This document shows, one piece after another, positions 47,708 through 61,900 of a DNA stretch of 64,000 nucleotides; the stretch's first letter is position 1; each line of letters starts with the position of its first letter. Source of the stretch: a virus. The stretch is taken from positions 1 to 64,000 of the IMG/VR virus record IMGVR_UViG_3300046171_000173, one strand, 5' to 3'. The position numbers and the translations under genes are program-made. The notes under the pieces were generated by a model. That model saw nothing but the letters and a program-made list of their open reading frames with translations, did no database searches and was not told the DNA's origin.

Positions 47708-49384
47708 CTAGAAAGTTCCCCCGTCGATCGTTGTTGTCCACATGGGTTTGCTAGTGTATGTAGTCGAGACAGCAGAAGGTGTTTTTCCAGTACCAGCACC
47801 GTTCAATATAAGATCAGCAGAAGTGTTAAATGTTCCAGTTACACCAATCAATGTAACAGTGGTTCCAGATGATGATGTCTTTACAACACCTTGCTGTGTT
47901 CCACCACCTGCTTGGGTAACTAAATCACCAGCAGTTACTGCTTGAGAACTACCTAATGTAATTGCAATCTCTGTAACAGCAGTTAATAACTGAGTTGAAG
48001 TAATTGTTGCTGCACTTGGAGCAGTGGTTGAGTTCTGTAAACCAGCATTATCAAAGTATACAATACCATGAGTTGCAAAGTCGCCAGACTGATAGTAGAT
48101 ACCTTTGATATCTAAATTACCTCTTGTACCTGTTACAACTTCATTTGTAACTGTTGCATCAGGGATGTATGTGAAACTTCTTGCTGGTGCAGAACTGTTT
48201 TCACCAGTTCCGTCATTATATCCAAAGAAACCTATTTTAGTGTTGGCAGTACCAGCAGCAGTATTATAGTTGAATGAAATACCACGATCTGTGTTTGTAT
48301 CATATGCATGAGTAACAGTCAACTGAGTTGTTGTTACAATACCTGCAGTTGTATTATTACTAATAAAGATTGTACCAAGACCAACTCCACCAGCTGGAGG
48401 AATATATGAATGAACTGAACTGTTACTTGGAATACTTGAACTTCCTGTAACAACATCACCTGTGTTAACACCAACTACAGAATCTATTACAATTGTAGAT
48501 GATCCAGATCCAACTGTTGTCATTACAGTTCTGATACTAGTAACATCACCAACCTTCATGATTGCATCATTTAGAGTTGCAGTTGTGGAGTTAACAGTAG
48601 TTGTCGTTCCATCAACTTGTAAGTCACCTTTGATGATAACTGTACCTTCATTACTTAATCCATCTGGATACGGGTCAATGAATAGTTGATTTCCACCACC
48701 TGCTCTTGTTGCAATTATATTGGATGAAATACCAATATTATCAACTTCAATTCCACCTGTGATTGCAAGTTTGCCACCAAAAGTTGAAATACCAGTTACA
48801 TTTAAGTTTCCACCAATATTAACATTCTTCTCTACACCTAATCCACCCTCTGTAAATATTGAACCTGTATCCTTACTATTTGATTGAGTTGCAATATTAA
48901 TTCTTACATCAGCACCAGTTATATTTAATTGATCTGTACCATTTTCATCATATTCAATTTTTGAATCCTTACTTGTACCAAATGTCAAGAAAGTATCATC
49001 AGGAATAACAACTTCACCTGATCCATTTGGATCAATGGTTATATCTCCATCAGTATTAGATGAGGATAATGTATTTAAATCAAGTGTTAAGTTATCTACA
49101 TTCCACTGGTCAACTTTTCTATTCTGATCTAATATCGCAACAAATCCGTTGGACGCTGTAGTTGGGTTTGATTGACTGGCAACCAATCCTGGCCCATGTG
49201 CCATTAAGTCTGTGAAATATCTACCACCAACGACATCCACATTACCTGCGTTGTCACCGACAAATAGTCTTTCACCTTTATTCGCTTGTGTTCCAGCTCC
49301 GATGGTTAAACCAAGTTCACCGAAATTAAGACTCGAAGGAGCAGTTGCACCCGTCGATCTTTTTACTCGTATAATGCTGGCCAT
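47708..49384 (-). CDS. Fibre-like virion protein (Mtd-N-type N-terminus)
   Basis: IRVKRS...P..L..GELG...LFVGD N-terminus, Gly/Thr-rich body, DGGTF end. Confidence 0.7.
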   Translation of the reverse strand: MASIIRVKRSTGATAPSSLNFGELGLTIGAGTQANKGERLFVGDNAGNVDVVGGRYFTDLMAHGPGLVASQSNPTTASNGFVAILDQNRKVDQWNVDNLTLDLNTLSSSNTDGDITIDPNGSGEVVIPDDTFLTFGTSKDSKIEYDENGTDQLNITGADVRINIATQSNSKDTGSIFTEGGLGVEKNVNIGGNLNVTGISTFGGKLAITGGIEVDNIGISSNIIATRAGGGNQLFIDPYPDGLSNEGTVIIKGDLQVDGTTTTVNSTTATLNDAIMKVGDVTSIRTVMTTVGSGSSTIVIDSVVGVNTGDVVTGSSSIPSNSSVHSYIPPAGGVGLGTIFISNNTTAGIVTTTQLTVTHAYDTNTDRGISFNYNTAAGTANTKIGFFGYNDGTGENSSAPARSFTYIPDATVTNEVVTGTRGNLDIKGIYYQSGDFATHGIVYFDNAGLQNSTTAPSAATITSTQLLTAVTEIAITLGSSQAVTAGDLVTQAGGGTQQGVVKTSSSGTTVTLIGVTGTFNTSADLILNGAGTGKTPSAVSTTYTSKPMWTTTIDGGTF

Positions 49385-49612
49385 TTAAAAACTTCCTCCG
49401 TTAATGTCCAAATTCTGTGTTGCTCCCGGTGTTAACTCAAGAGTTGCTGTAAATTTTGCTGTTGTTGCATCATAAACAAGAACCATTCCGTTTTGTGGGT
49501 CGGTTACTTCCACATCAGACAAACCCGCTAGGGTTCCACTAACATTACCTGCTAGTGAAGAAACAACTTTTACAGCGTTCTGTTGTCCTACTCTGACTTT
49601 TATGTTTGCCAT
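49385..49612 (-). CDS. Small virion-associated hypothetical
   Basis: LAGLSDV...GMVLVYD fibre repeat; INGGSF end. Confidence 0.55.
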   Translation of the reverse strand: MANIKVRVGQQNAVKVVSSLAGNVSGTLAGLSDVEVTDPQNGMVLVYDATTAKFTATLELTPGATQNLDINGGSF

Positions 49613-49956
49613 TAGCGTGTGACTCCTTGCCTTACTAAAACGGATCCTTCCACAACTCGTGTGACTTCACCTGCACTATCGGACACGACTACATCATAGA
49701 CATATCGGCCGGGTTTAATTGAAGCAGTTGTAGTACTTGTCAACCCAATCTGTATTTTTCCTAGTGATGCATCTGCTACAGATGCTGTAAATGTACCCGC
49801 AATGCCTGTACTCCCTGCATGCTTTCTCATTTGTGATGAGATAGTGAATCCAGCGATATCTAAGGCAGAATTAGAAGATACATTCTCTAATTCAAATTGT
49901 TGTTGGAATGTTGAACCTGTATTAATTACAAGGTTACTGACATATACTGCTGCCAT
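49612..49956 (-). CDS. Conserved structural hypothetical (Ig/BppU-like)
   Basis: NLVINTGSTF...GRYVYDV...RVVEG; late promoter TATAAATA near 49985. Confidence 0.6.
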   Translation of the reverse strand: MAAVYVSNLVINTGSTFQQQFELENVSSNSALDIAGFTISSQMRKHAGSTGIAGTFTASVADASLGKIQIGLTSTTTASIKPGRYVYDVVVSDSAGEVTRVVEGSVLVRQGVTR

Positions 49957-50010
49957 CTATTCAATAATATGATGATCTATGTTATATTTATATTTGATAT
50001 ATTCCGAGTA

Positions 50011-50211
50011 TTAGGACTGCTTATTAACTAATTCACTAAGTAGTGATTTTAGTAGATCAATTTCATCTCTCATCTCATCAAGACGATCTTGTTGAGACTG
50101 TTTTTTGATTTTTGATCTCATGTACATATTATATCCTGTGTTATCACAATTTATAATTGCACCTGATTTTTCATCTCGATAGAGATGTTTATGTCCTTCT
50201 ACTGGAATCAT
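50011..50211 (-). CDS. Conserved small hypothetical
   Basis: VEGHKHLYRDEKSGAIIN followed by a coiled coil. Confidence 0.65.
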   Translation of the reverse strand: MIPVEGHKHLYRDEKSGAIINCDNTGYNMYMRSKIKKQSQQDRLDEMRDEIDLLKSLLSELVNKQS

Positions 50212-53200
50212 GCTAAAGCAATTACTCTAAGATCTTTGAACTTAGGTGCTTCTGCTTCATTGGTTCCGTTAAATACGATTTTAATTTGGAATCCAGTGAA
50301 CTCAGTTAAATCATCAGCAGTAAACTGATAATCTACAAACTCACCACTTGTGCTAGCTGGAACCTTAGAATCTGCACGACCAGTATTCTTAGATGCGTCA
50401 ACTACCAAATCTCCAAATCCATCACCATCTGTGTCTGTTAAGTTATCGAATCCGGGGAACAATTCATATGATTGCTCAATACCTTCCGAATCGGGTCTGA
50501 ATAACTTAAACAGTGTTCTGAAATCAGCAGATGTCTTTCTATCAGAACTAATTAAAACTTTAATTGATGTCGCTGGTTGCTTTAAGTCCACACGGTTGGA
50601 AATATATATTCCCGAATGTGGATCACCAACATTTAGGTTGACCCTTTCATCATTTGCATAATCTGATACAGGTTTATTTAACCTGCTCCTACCAAAGATA
50701 AGAGAACCATTCATAGTATCTACAACAGGTGATAGATTTTCATCAGTTGTTGTAAATCTCATTGATAATGTGGTTGATCTATTTTTTGGTAAATCTGTCA
50801 ATCTCGCTGTCTCATTGACAGGAGAAGCAACTAATCTTGTAGATGTCAATGGATTAATCTTATTCAATTCAATGCTCTCATAACCTTGATCTAAGAATGA
50901 AATCTCAGAACCACCAGCACTGGTTCCACTTACAGTTCTGATTTGAGAACTTAAAGTCGTCTTTCCTGGCTGGAGGGTGTTGAATCTTGGGAATACACTA
51001 TTGAATTGTATATTCTTAGATGCATGTATTTCAGTTCCACCACCAGATCTTTCATCAGTGAAAGATGCCATGATATCATTTGCTGATAAATCAGGCAATC
51101 CTGTTCTACCAGATCCTCTTGGAACTTCAATATAGTAATTATCAATATCTTTCTTACTTGCAAGTAAGGCAGAACTTGGCATATCATGAGTAGTGTTAAT
51201 ACCAGTCAATGATAAACCATTAAACTGATAACTGAATGATAGACTTCCAATAGCATGCTCACGAATTGCTGATCCATTGATTCCTCTTTCTGCAATTCCG
51301 ATTGATGTAATTCCAATTGAATCGTATCTTATAATTTCGTTATTTACCTGTACATATCCTCTTGAAGTTGTAATACCCTCAAATGTTGCAAATTTACTAG
51401 TATTTGCAGCACCGACTACAATGAAGTTATCAGTTAAACCAAGTTCAGCAGTTAAAGGTGCAGGTTCGGTTGTTGGTGAAACATTTGATATCTCAACTTT
51501 ATTATTTCCAGCAGACATACCATGACCATACTGAGATACTTCAAGTACATTACCAGTAAATAGATCACTTACCACTGTATTACTTGTAATATCTACAGCA
51601 CCTGATTGTGGTACAGCACCATTAATAACTAAATCTTGTCCAAGTGTGTAATTTTCTCCTTGTACATTAGTTAGATATAGTGTATCTACTCCAGTTATAG
51701 CATCAATACTAATTTGTGCACCACCACCAGAAACCATATCTGCAGTTGTAAGTCCAACAAGGTCTCCTTTTGAATACCCATGTCCTTTTTTACTAGATGT
51801 GATTGATACTGCACTTGGAACTCCACTGGTAACTGTTACAATACCAGTCGCACTCGATCCAGCACCGGTGATTGCAAATAAATTAACATTCGTATAAACT
51901 CCATCTGAATATCCAGCACCTACTCGTGAAACAGTCAATGCATTATTAGATGTTGCGATTTCAGATCCGACTCTTTCAAGAGTTCCCATTGGTGCAGTGG
52001 CAGATGCACTACCTTCAGAAATTTTAACTCCAGATACTAAACTATTAACTGTAGCACTTGTAGTTGTTTTTGTAATACCAAGTTTAAGTTTTCTTGGATA
52101 TGCTTTAACAGCATTATTAAGAAGATCAGGAACTAACTGACTCTCATAATTTAATTCTGGATTATAGAAGAATGCTGTTGCGTCAGTTGTAGTAAACTTA
52201 GCCTTATTCAATTTGATCTTCATATCCTCAAACTGACTAGGTGTCCAAATACTACCATTCTGAGATTTGAATAAACTACCACCAATATACTGTTGAGATA
52301 CAATTACACTTTCAGAATCTGGTAATGCTTGTGTTTCGATCGTAGGATCTCCCATTCTTGAAATCCATGCCTCATAACTATTTGAAGTTGGTGCTAATAA
52401 TACAATACAATATTCCTTTCCACCTTCTAAGAATAGAGGTGATGGGAATTTAACATTAGTTGCTAATGATGCATCCTCAGATATATTAACTTGAGAAGGA
52501 TCTAATACAACTTGAGCAAATTCTTGAACCTGAATTAAAGTTGGAGTTCCTAATTCCATAGTTCTGACTTGAACAGTCAATTGCTCTTTGACATCTTTTG
52601 ATCTCATAAAGATATCAACAGATGTTAGGAAACATCCTGTCTCATCAACTGTAAATGATTGTGCTAACGGATCACCATTATCTACAAATACTGTTCTTAT
52701 AATTGTATTTGTAATAATTACAGGAGGTGGAGGAGCTGGAAGATTTCTTATAACAACTTCTGTCTGCCTTAGAGTATCTACAACACCACTTGTTCTATAA
52801 GTAGCATCTGCTGAACTTATTGAAGGTGCTCCGATGTCTGCAAGAGCGTTTGTGCTACTTGAAGTTATTCTAAATGTTTTCTCACCATTCTTAAATCTTA
52901 CTGATGGAACAGGTGTTGATAATGGATCTCTAAAGAAGAATGATCCTTGCAAACTACCTACATTATCAGAAATTAATCTTATGTTTGATACGGTTGCGGT
53001 TGCACCACTTGTTTTACCAACCAACTTGATTCCATTTTTAATATAACCAAAGAATCTACCTTGTGCTTCTTCAGTTAAAGATGCAATATCCACATTAACA
53101 ATTGTTGATGATGCAGAATAAGTAGTCGCTAAAGTTACTGATGTATTATAAGGATTTGATCCAAAAGTTGATGACGGTGCTGATATACTACCTGCTTTAT

Positions 53201-56200
53201 GATTTGGTTGGCATGTTCTAAATGAAATTAATCTATTTGTGCCCTCAAAACCTTCTACAGTTTCATTAATCTGGAATACACCAGAATTCATTGTAATTTC
53301 AATTAGTTTAGGAATAATATCTAATCCACTTGAACTATCGAAGAAAGGATAAAATCTTGTATTTGATTTGATACTTGATGCATTAAATCCAACATTTCGT
53401 GAACGAATATGTGTATCTGGTTCACTACTTACAAGAACTTGTGATGTGAATGTGTCTGCTCTATCACCAAATACAGTTCTTGTTCCATCACTTAATATTA
53501 TATTTCTTGTCCATGTATCTGCACTTGGATTTAGCACCACACCACCCTTAAATACAATCTGAGCAAATGGGTTTACATTTTCAACTCTTGATGCTAATGG
53601 TTGATTTAATAGTATATCTTCTTCATAATCTAGTGTAATTAGATCACCAGTCTTTTTAACTCCTGAGTCTAATAAAGTTAAATCTGAAGAAAAATCAGCA
53701 GTTGTTGAGTCAATTGATGGATCTAAGGCTAATTCTGGTTTAACTGAGTAAAAATCAGTTGGTACAATCAACTCTTCTTTTGCAGAATCAACATCTGATT
53801 TGCAATCAGGGTTTGCTAAATCAAATAATGAATTATTTTTAAAGTCATCTACGAAGAATCCAGACTTAAATCTTGATAGTCCATCAGCATCTTGAACTTG
53901 GAATGTTTTTGTATCAAGTTCCAATAAACTTAATGATGTTATTTCTTCTAAGTTAGAAACTCTATCTTCAATTTTACCAATATCTCTCATGGTAAATCTA
54001 CGATTATCAACTACTGTAATTACAACATCATCTACATCATATAAGTATGCTGGCATTTCAATCGTTGCGACTGTCATACCTGTTTCAATATCTTCAGGAG
54101 TCACAGAATTTTCTGATGAAATACCTTTTATTATTTGAAATTCACCTTTAGTATATGCTTGATTAATATTAGCAGATGGATCAAGTATTAACTTATCAGT
54201 TCTTGGAAGATAGAAACTATAACCAATCTTTGATGCCTCATTTGGAGTAACAACTAATGTCGGATTGACACCTGCAGATGAGAAGTTTCTGTTTGTAAAA
54301 TCAAATGGTGATGAAGTTGTAGCAGTAAACTCTGCAACTCTTGGTCTGAAATCTAAAGTATCAGTGGCCCTAATACCATTACCTAATATTGGAATATCTT
54401 TTGAATATCTTTCTTCATCATAAGATCCAACTGTATAAACATCACCAGTATCATTTGATGGTACACTGTAATGATTAACGACAACTGTAAGTCTACGATT
54501 TGGAACTCTTTCACCAGCATTTCTTACGATTCTTGAATAGTCATAGAAACTCTGTCTTTGGCCTTTATCTAGTGTATAACTTGAGGTTACATCTAAGTAA
54601 GATCCTTCTGTAATTCCTTGTAAGTTTGTAATAATATTTGATTCTTCAAATGTAACTGTTTCTCCAACTCTAAATTTATTTTGAGTTAAATATGCGATCT
54701 CCACAATTGTTGCAGAAACACGATCAGTAATCTGTGCAATCGCACCACTTGTTGATCCAATTATTTTCTCCCCTAATACTGACGCTGTATTAAGTGCCAA
54801 TCCACTTACAAATACAAGACGATCTAAAACAGGGTTGATTGTTGTAAGAGATTCAAAAACACCAACAACATTCACAACATCAGGAATATTGAGTGATATA
54901 ACCTTATCTTCAACTCTTAATCCAAATGCTGTTGTATTTTCTGTAAGACCATTTGCTGTTGATATTCCAGAATTTGTTAAAGTTACATTTATTTTTTTAC
55001 TTCTATCAAATGATTTTTGTTTAATCTTAATATCATTCTTACGAACAGTTGCATTCACAGCAACATTGGTTGCTCCTGCTCCTACAAAATTAGATCCAGT
55101 TAATCCTTGAATTGTTAATGTCTGACCATTATTTGATATTGTAACTTGATCGGATGTTAAAGGTGCAATATCACCTGCCTTTCCATGAACTGAATATCTA
55201 TCTTCATCAAAAGTCTCAAATATTGCATTTGATGCAACACCAGTATCAGTAATATTTGCAGTGAATACACCAGTCGCACCAATGGCCACACCTGTAATTT
55301 GTGTTTTGACTGATAAATCTGAGTTAGTTAGTGATACATCTGAAACATTTTTATTCTCAAGTTGTGCAAATAATCCATTTCCTTCATCTTGTATTACTGG
55401 TATTGCTTTACGGACACCTGTTGGAGTATCAGCACCTAAAGTTGCTACATTGACTCCACTTACTGCTGTAGTTGCTGCTAGTGTGAAGTGATTTTAAATC
55501 TGCACTTATCGCAGTAATTCGATGTATTCTAGGGTCTGTATCAGTGGTTTTGCTATAAGTTATATGATCACCAACTTTTAGCGATCCAAATGTTTTGCCA
55601 GCACAAGTTAATACATTTGAACCACTGATGTTTATTTCATCTGAAGGAGATAATTCTCTAATTGGTGTTGACTTTAAAACTAAATCTGCACTAAAATCAT
55701 ATCCAAATCCTGCAAATAACCCATTTGTATTCCGATAAACTGATTTAATATCCTCAAGTCTATGTGCTGTGACTGTTTTAATACTTCGAGAAACTGTAGT
55801 AAGACCATTAATTTGTATCTGTTCTCCTACAATAAATGTTCCTGAAGTATCACTTAATGTAATAGTTGCACTGTTACCACCAGCAGATGTTGCAAAACCA
55901 GAAGCACCACTACTTAGACCCTCTACGAATGCAGTATCTGGTAATTCTGTGCTTGATACTGCAGTATTTAAAACTAGACTTGTAAATGTCTGAACATCAA
56001 AAAGATAAAGATCAAATTTAGTAGACGCACCAGAATATGCAGCATCAGTATTCTCAAATGCATAAATCTTTGCGGATCCTATCTTCTGTTCCACTGGCTA
56101 AAAGTTGCATTCGCAGTTGTCTTTTCTTTGATTTCTTAATGATATTGTATTATCAATATTAATTCCTAACTTTGGTGTACCATTACATTGTTAATTTGGA

Positions 56201-57394
56201 AATTTATTTCCAAACTTAAATGGTACAGAAGATAATTCTATTTCTTTCTTATCTCTTGGTTTTTCAATATCTAATATTGTACTTACAGGTCTCTCAATAT
56301 CATATCCTCTTACATATGCCTTTCCGGGAGATACTTTTAGTGCAAATAAATCATCAGTCGGTGTTGCACCTTGGTCAGTATTTTCTCCTGAATTAAATAC
56401 ACCTTCATTTGATATACCATCATTTAAGGATTCAGCAGGTTCTATTTTGAAGTTTCCAACTGAATAGTTACCAGATTCTTCGTATGTTCTCTTTGCAAAG
56501 TAATCTTTAATTAAATTATATTGTGTTTTATTTTGAACTTTCTTTAATTCACCGTCATCAAGACGCATGATTTCAATAAAATTCTTATCATTGTAGTCTG
56601 TTAGACCTTTTTTTGATAAAGTTGTAGATATTTTTAAACGATCTGCACCCGGAGCCGCAAAGTTTGAGAATCCTCTTGCATTATCATAGAGAGAATCATC
56701 ATCATTTGCAGTTACTAATTGTTCTTCGATGAATAATCCAACTCTGTATGATGGTGTATTTGTATAAGGGTCAAGAACTAACTTATCAGCTGATACATTT
56801 ACAAAATGTCCACGAATAAAGAAAACTCCATCGGCAATAGAAACTCTACATCCAGTTGCTGATGCGCCTATGTCAACTAAAGTTGCTACAGTATCTCCTG
56901 AATTAATTAAAGTATTTCCATATACAAGAGACTCTTGTATTAAAAGATTTTCACCATCTTCTAAAAATTTTGAGGTATTATCGTTTCCTGCATCAAGATA
57001 TTTTACAAAAAATGTTAAATCTGTAATTCCTGTAGCATCATTTGGTAATGAATAATCATCAATTAATATTTTGATACCAGTGCTTTGTCCTTCTAATATT
57101 TTTCCTTTTAATTGGTCAACATATAATGATACTGGAATACCTAAATGATTAGAATTTAACTTTATCGAAAAATATTCTGAATCATATTGACTATTTCCGG
57201 GAATCACCATTGATCCCTCTTTGAACATATGACTACCGAACGATTCAATCTGATCTTGTAAGATAGATTGTAAAGTTGTTAATTCCCTTGCCTGAACAGG
57301 CTTTACCCGGATTAAATAATACCTTATAAAAGTTACTATCCTTTGAAAAATCGTCGTAATATGGATTTATATTTAAATTAGTTTTCTGTGGCAT
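50208..57394 (-). CDS. Very large VrlC/DUF4815-like virion protein (~2390 aa; several indels)
   Basis: MPQKTNLNINPYYDDF...QARELTTLQS start, APGADRLK, RTYEESG, RFKSGFFVDDF, DPLAQSF, DLRVIALA end. Confidence 0.85.
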
Positions 57395-57397
57395 TTT

Positions 57398-58960
57398 TTA
57401 GAATTCCAGAATGATTTTAACATCTTCTTTTTGTCTTGAGTTCCTAGTAATAGTCGCTCTATTGTCAATGTAAATTACATCACCCGACCCTTTATTTATC
57501 TCAGGTGTAGCAAGACCATTTGTGAAAGTCACTCCGAGTCCTACATTCTTTGAACTTACTGTGGTAATACCAAGACTGAATGTAGTTTCAATTGATCCAC
57601 TAAATCCACTTGGCCCTGAAACTTGGTTTGTTGATGATTCAAATCCAAGAACTTGACCTGCAGTTGAAATACCAACATAATCTGTCTGATCAGTTGAGTT
57701 TCCAAAATATAATGATCTATCTTGAATGTATTTCATCACCTTTGTTTCTGCATCAAATGATGCAACATAACCAACTGCTTTAAGTCCACTTCCCAAAGTT
57801 TGAGTAATTTTTTCACCAATTGATGGTGTTGTACCATTTGTTGATGTGAATTTAAATGCACTTAATGATGAATAAGAATCACCAAAGTAAATTGATGTAG
57901 TTCCGATTGATGTTGGATTTTTAACCAACTCAACTTGAGCAAATTTAGTAGTTAGTGGGAAATCTTTATTATCTCCACCAAACCTTGCGTATACTAATAC
58001 ACGATCAGTTCCTAGTTCTTCATATACATTATGTCCATGTCCCTTTGATGGAGGAATAATTGGTATTAGTTTTGCTTTTGTTGAGGCATTTGCATTAATT
58101 GAACCTAAGTCAACTAATCCATAACTATAACCTTTACCACCAGAAGATACAACTGCATTTGTTATTTTACCACTTACAACATCAACTACGACTTTACCAC
58201 CAGTACCATCCCCAAGAATACTAAACTCTTGTCCTAGTCCACCAGAGTATCCTTCACCTTGATTGTCAATATAGACTTTCTTAATTTGGTTATTGTTTGT
58301 ATCAGAATCTCCATTCTCTCTTACAGATTGAATTGAAGCATCATTTGTAGTCGTCCATTCATTTGGAACTGCAATAAAGTCAGTTGAGTCAAACTTTATA
58401 ATATCACTTGGTGAAACTGTAAATAAGTATTTCCAAATATATCCATCACCACTCTCACCAGCTTTAGATGGTTCTAAGTCTGTAAATGTCGGTACATCCT
58501 GAGATGCATTACCTGTTGTGTTGATACCTGAAGAACCATTGTCTATACAAACATAAACATTAAAGTTCTCATTCATTACATAGTATCTGGCATCATATAA
58601 ACGAGATGACTGTGTAATTGGAGATGGTGAACTTACACTATAATCATGACGATACATTTCATATCTTGTTCCCTGTGTCCAATTAACTCTACGAACTAAT
58701 CTTCTCACATTCTTACCAATTACTCTTTTTCCAAATAAACTGGTATCGCCAATATGATTGACACTATTAATATTATCTACTGGGTTTGGAGTTGCTGTAT
58801 CCCATGTGGATGTTCTACCAAAGCCAACAACTGTAGGATTTGGTAAACTAACTGACACATAAAATGAACTAGATGGATCAGTACCTCCTACCCCTGTAAC
58901 TGTATCAACAAAGTTACTTGCATTTAATATTCTAAACTGATCTGTTACAACTGCTGGCAT
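57398..58960 (-). CDS. g8: Baseplate wedge subunit gp8
   Basis: VYVCIDNG, DGYIWKYLF, QKEDVKIILEF; late promoter TATAAATA near 58980. Confidence 0.9.
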   Translation of the reverse strand: MPAVVTDQFRILNASNFVDTVTGVGGTDPSSSFYVSVSLPNPTVVGFGRTSTWDTATPNPVDNINSVNHIGDTSLFGKRVIGKNVRRLVRRVNWTQGTRYEMYRHDYSVSSPSPITQSSRLYDARYYVMNENFNVYVCIDNGSSGINTTGNASQDVPTFTDLEPSKAGESGDGYIWKYLFTVSPSDIIKFDSTDFIAVPNEWTTTNDASIQSVRENGDSDTNNNQIKKVYIDNQGEGYSGGLGQEFSILGDGTGGKVVVDVVSGKITNAVVSSGGKGYSYGLVDLGSINANASTKAKLIPIIPPSKGHGHNVYEELGTDRVLVYARFGGDNKDFPLTTKFAQVELVKNPTSIGTTSIYFGDSYSSLSAFKFTSTNGTTPSIGEKITQTLGSGLKAVGYVASFDAETKVMKYIQDRSLYFGNSTDQTDYVGISTAGQVLGFESSTNQVSGPSGFSGSIETTFSLGITTVSSKNVGLGVTFTNGLATPEINKGSGDVIYIDNRATITRNSRQKEDVKIILEF

Positions 58961-58996
58961 TTTATTGCTTTTTTCCTATATTTATACTAGTTTTTA

Positions 58997-61900
58997 TCAT
59001 GTTAAGTTTTTGCGGAGTGCACCAGTGTCACGAAGACCAAAAACTCTTCGTTGCAATGTTGGGAAAGTACCTATTCCAACACCAGTTGTAAGACCCTACC
59101 GTATTACCGGTAACACCGATAGCAACTGGATTTGCTCTATTAAATACACCTCCTCCACCTGCATTAAATAGTCTTCCCCATGAGAATCGACCATTTACTC
59201 CACTGTTAATACCAACAGTCACACCCAATCCAGTTGTATTTCACACCCGAATGAACATTAACTAAAATTTCAGCAACAGTTGCATTTTTAGTAATTGACT
59301 TGAATCATGTATACATTATCTGCAAAAGAAGTTCCAATTCCAACAGTATCTGCATTTGCACCACTAGTATTTAATGAAGTTACTCCATTACCTACATGAG
59401 TATCAAATATGTATATTGGATATCCAGCAACTAAATCATTAAAGTTACCTGATGCTTTTTGTAATCCAATTCTCAATCCAAGAGTTGAAACACCTACAGT
59501 AACTGTTTCAATTGCAGTGACAATACCTGAGAATCCTTGTACATTTTTAATATTAGTAATACTTTCTTTTATTACATCTGGAGTTGGTGCTAAAACTTCA
59601 GGAACATTTGTATTTGTGTAACCAAATCCAACATTATTCATTGTTACTGATGCAATAGATCCATTTGTAATGTTTCCAGTTGCAACTGCAAATGTTGAAA
59701 CTCCTGCAACTGCAAATTGAGTTGCGGCCACTCCAACTGGTGCTGCTATTGAAATACTTGTTGTCGATCCCACATAACCACTACCACCACTTGACAACAG
59801 TAATTGCAGTAACTTGACCAGTATTTGAAACTGTTGCAGTTAATGCTGCAGCAACTGGTGATATATCATTCACGACTAATACACCAATATCATTAATTTG
59901 GAAACTAGTTGCAGAATTATCTTCTTCATAATCGAAGAATTTTGCATCATCGACAAATATACTAGTTCCTTCTGCAGTACCTGTACCCTAAATCTCCTAT
60001 CAATCTTGCAGTTGGATAAATTAAAGGTTCAATTGAATCTCTTGCTTTGGATATAATATTACCACCAATCACCTTATCAACTTTTTGTTTAGTCCAATTA
60101 AGTGGTTTGAAGTTAACTTCATCAATACCGACACCAGTATAGATTTCAGTTTCAAAAGTATCTGATGTTGTAATACCAACAATTGTTCGACTTGATTGTG
60201 CAATTGTACCAGATATTGCATTATTGCTTGTAATATCAACCACATCTCCAGTCTTAACACTTTCAACAACATCAACCACTATAGTATCAACACCAGATGT
60301 TCCTTTATAGAAGAAAATTGCGACATCATCACCAGCATCTGGAGGTGAAGTAAAGTTAAATGTTGTTCCACCTTCAAAGTCATAGTCAACACCGGGATGT
60401 TGAATAACACCATTTACAAATATCAATAATAGATTTTTCATGTCTATTAATGAAGAATCTGCACTATTTCTGTCTATTTCAAAACTCAATAGTTGTGAAT
60501 TAAGTCGTATTGGGAAACGAGTACGAACTCCATCCTGTAAAGTTGTAATTGGGTCAGTATAATCAAACTCACCAAAGTCCCATGATGCAAATTCATCTGT
60601 GAATATTTCATTAACTGTCAATTCAAAATCAGTGAGAACAGCACCACGAGCAGTAACTAATCCTACTGGTTTAATTTTATCTCCTTTCTTAAATCCAAAA
60701 CCATTTCTAGCAATCTTAAATGATGATACTGTGAATAATGTTGAACCTATTCCTGTAGTTGCATTTGCACTCACATCTACTGTGACTTTTAATCCCTGAC
60801 CAGTATCTGTAGTTGCACCAATACCAAGACGAGATATACCAGTAACTTCAAGACCCTCATAAGAAGGATCTGGAATATTTAATCTTGGATTTGTATAAGA
60901 TACACCTGCACCGGCAACAGTAAAGGCCAATGTTCCACCAGCACCAACTGTAGCGGTTATACTTGCTCCATTTCCTCCTCCACCACCTTGTCCTACAAAG
61001 ACAGTGATTCGTATTAGTTGTAACCTGATCTAATAACAGTTGCAACTACCAACAATTGGATCACCAGTAGAAGAACTTGGTGTTACTCCAGATCTTGGAT
61101 ATGGATGTAAACTAGAGAAATTATCTTTAGAGCATCTGAATACAATACCACCAGTATCAATACCAACATGATTACCGACTGATAAACCATGACCTGCAAT
61201 GGTAAGTTCTAAGAATCCAGTATGAGATGTGTAAACTGCATTTGTAGCAGTTTTAGAAGTACCATTGAATATATTTGCAGCACCTGCTTGAGTTTTAATT
61301 GATCCAATACCAGAACTTGCAAATACATGTTCATACGCAATATCAGTAATACCAATCGCAACTGTTCCTCTATAACCAGATCCATGAACATCAGTTGTTC
61401 CAATTCCAACACCAGTTATCTGACCATTATCATTCTTAACTGCAGTTACAGCAGCACCCTACTAATGGTGCAATACCTTCACCACCTGTTGATCCTAATG
61501 ATACAATTACTCCACCTCTTGGTAATTGATTTAAATTAACATCATGCCTGACTAAGAATTTTTTCTCCACTTGTTGAACTAATTCCAGTGAATAAAATAT
61601 TTGTAGCGGTTGTTCCTACACCAACAAAATCATAATTGTTTCCACTATTATTTGCTGTAGTTGGTTTTTGGAATATTCCATTTAATAAAACTACAGTACT
61701 ACCAGTTTGAATACCTGTTGTATTCACACCACTGACACTCATGTTATGTGTTGCACCTATTCCAGTAAATCCATCAGAAATATCATCAAAGATTCTATTA
61801 TTTGAATAATCATTTCTTAGATATACTCTTCCATTAAATTCTGATCTTGGGAACTCCTAAGTTAGATGCATTTCGACTTACATTATTTGTTCCTTTTGGA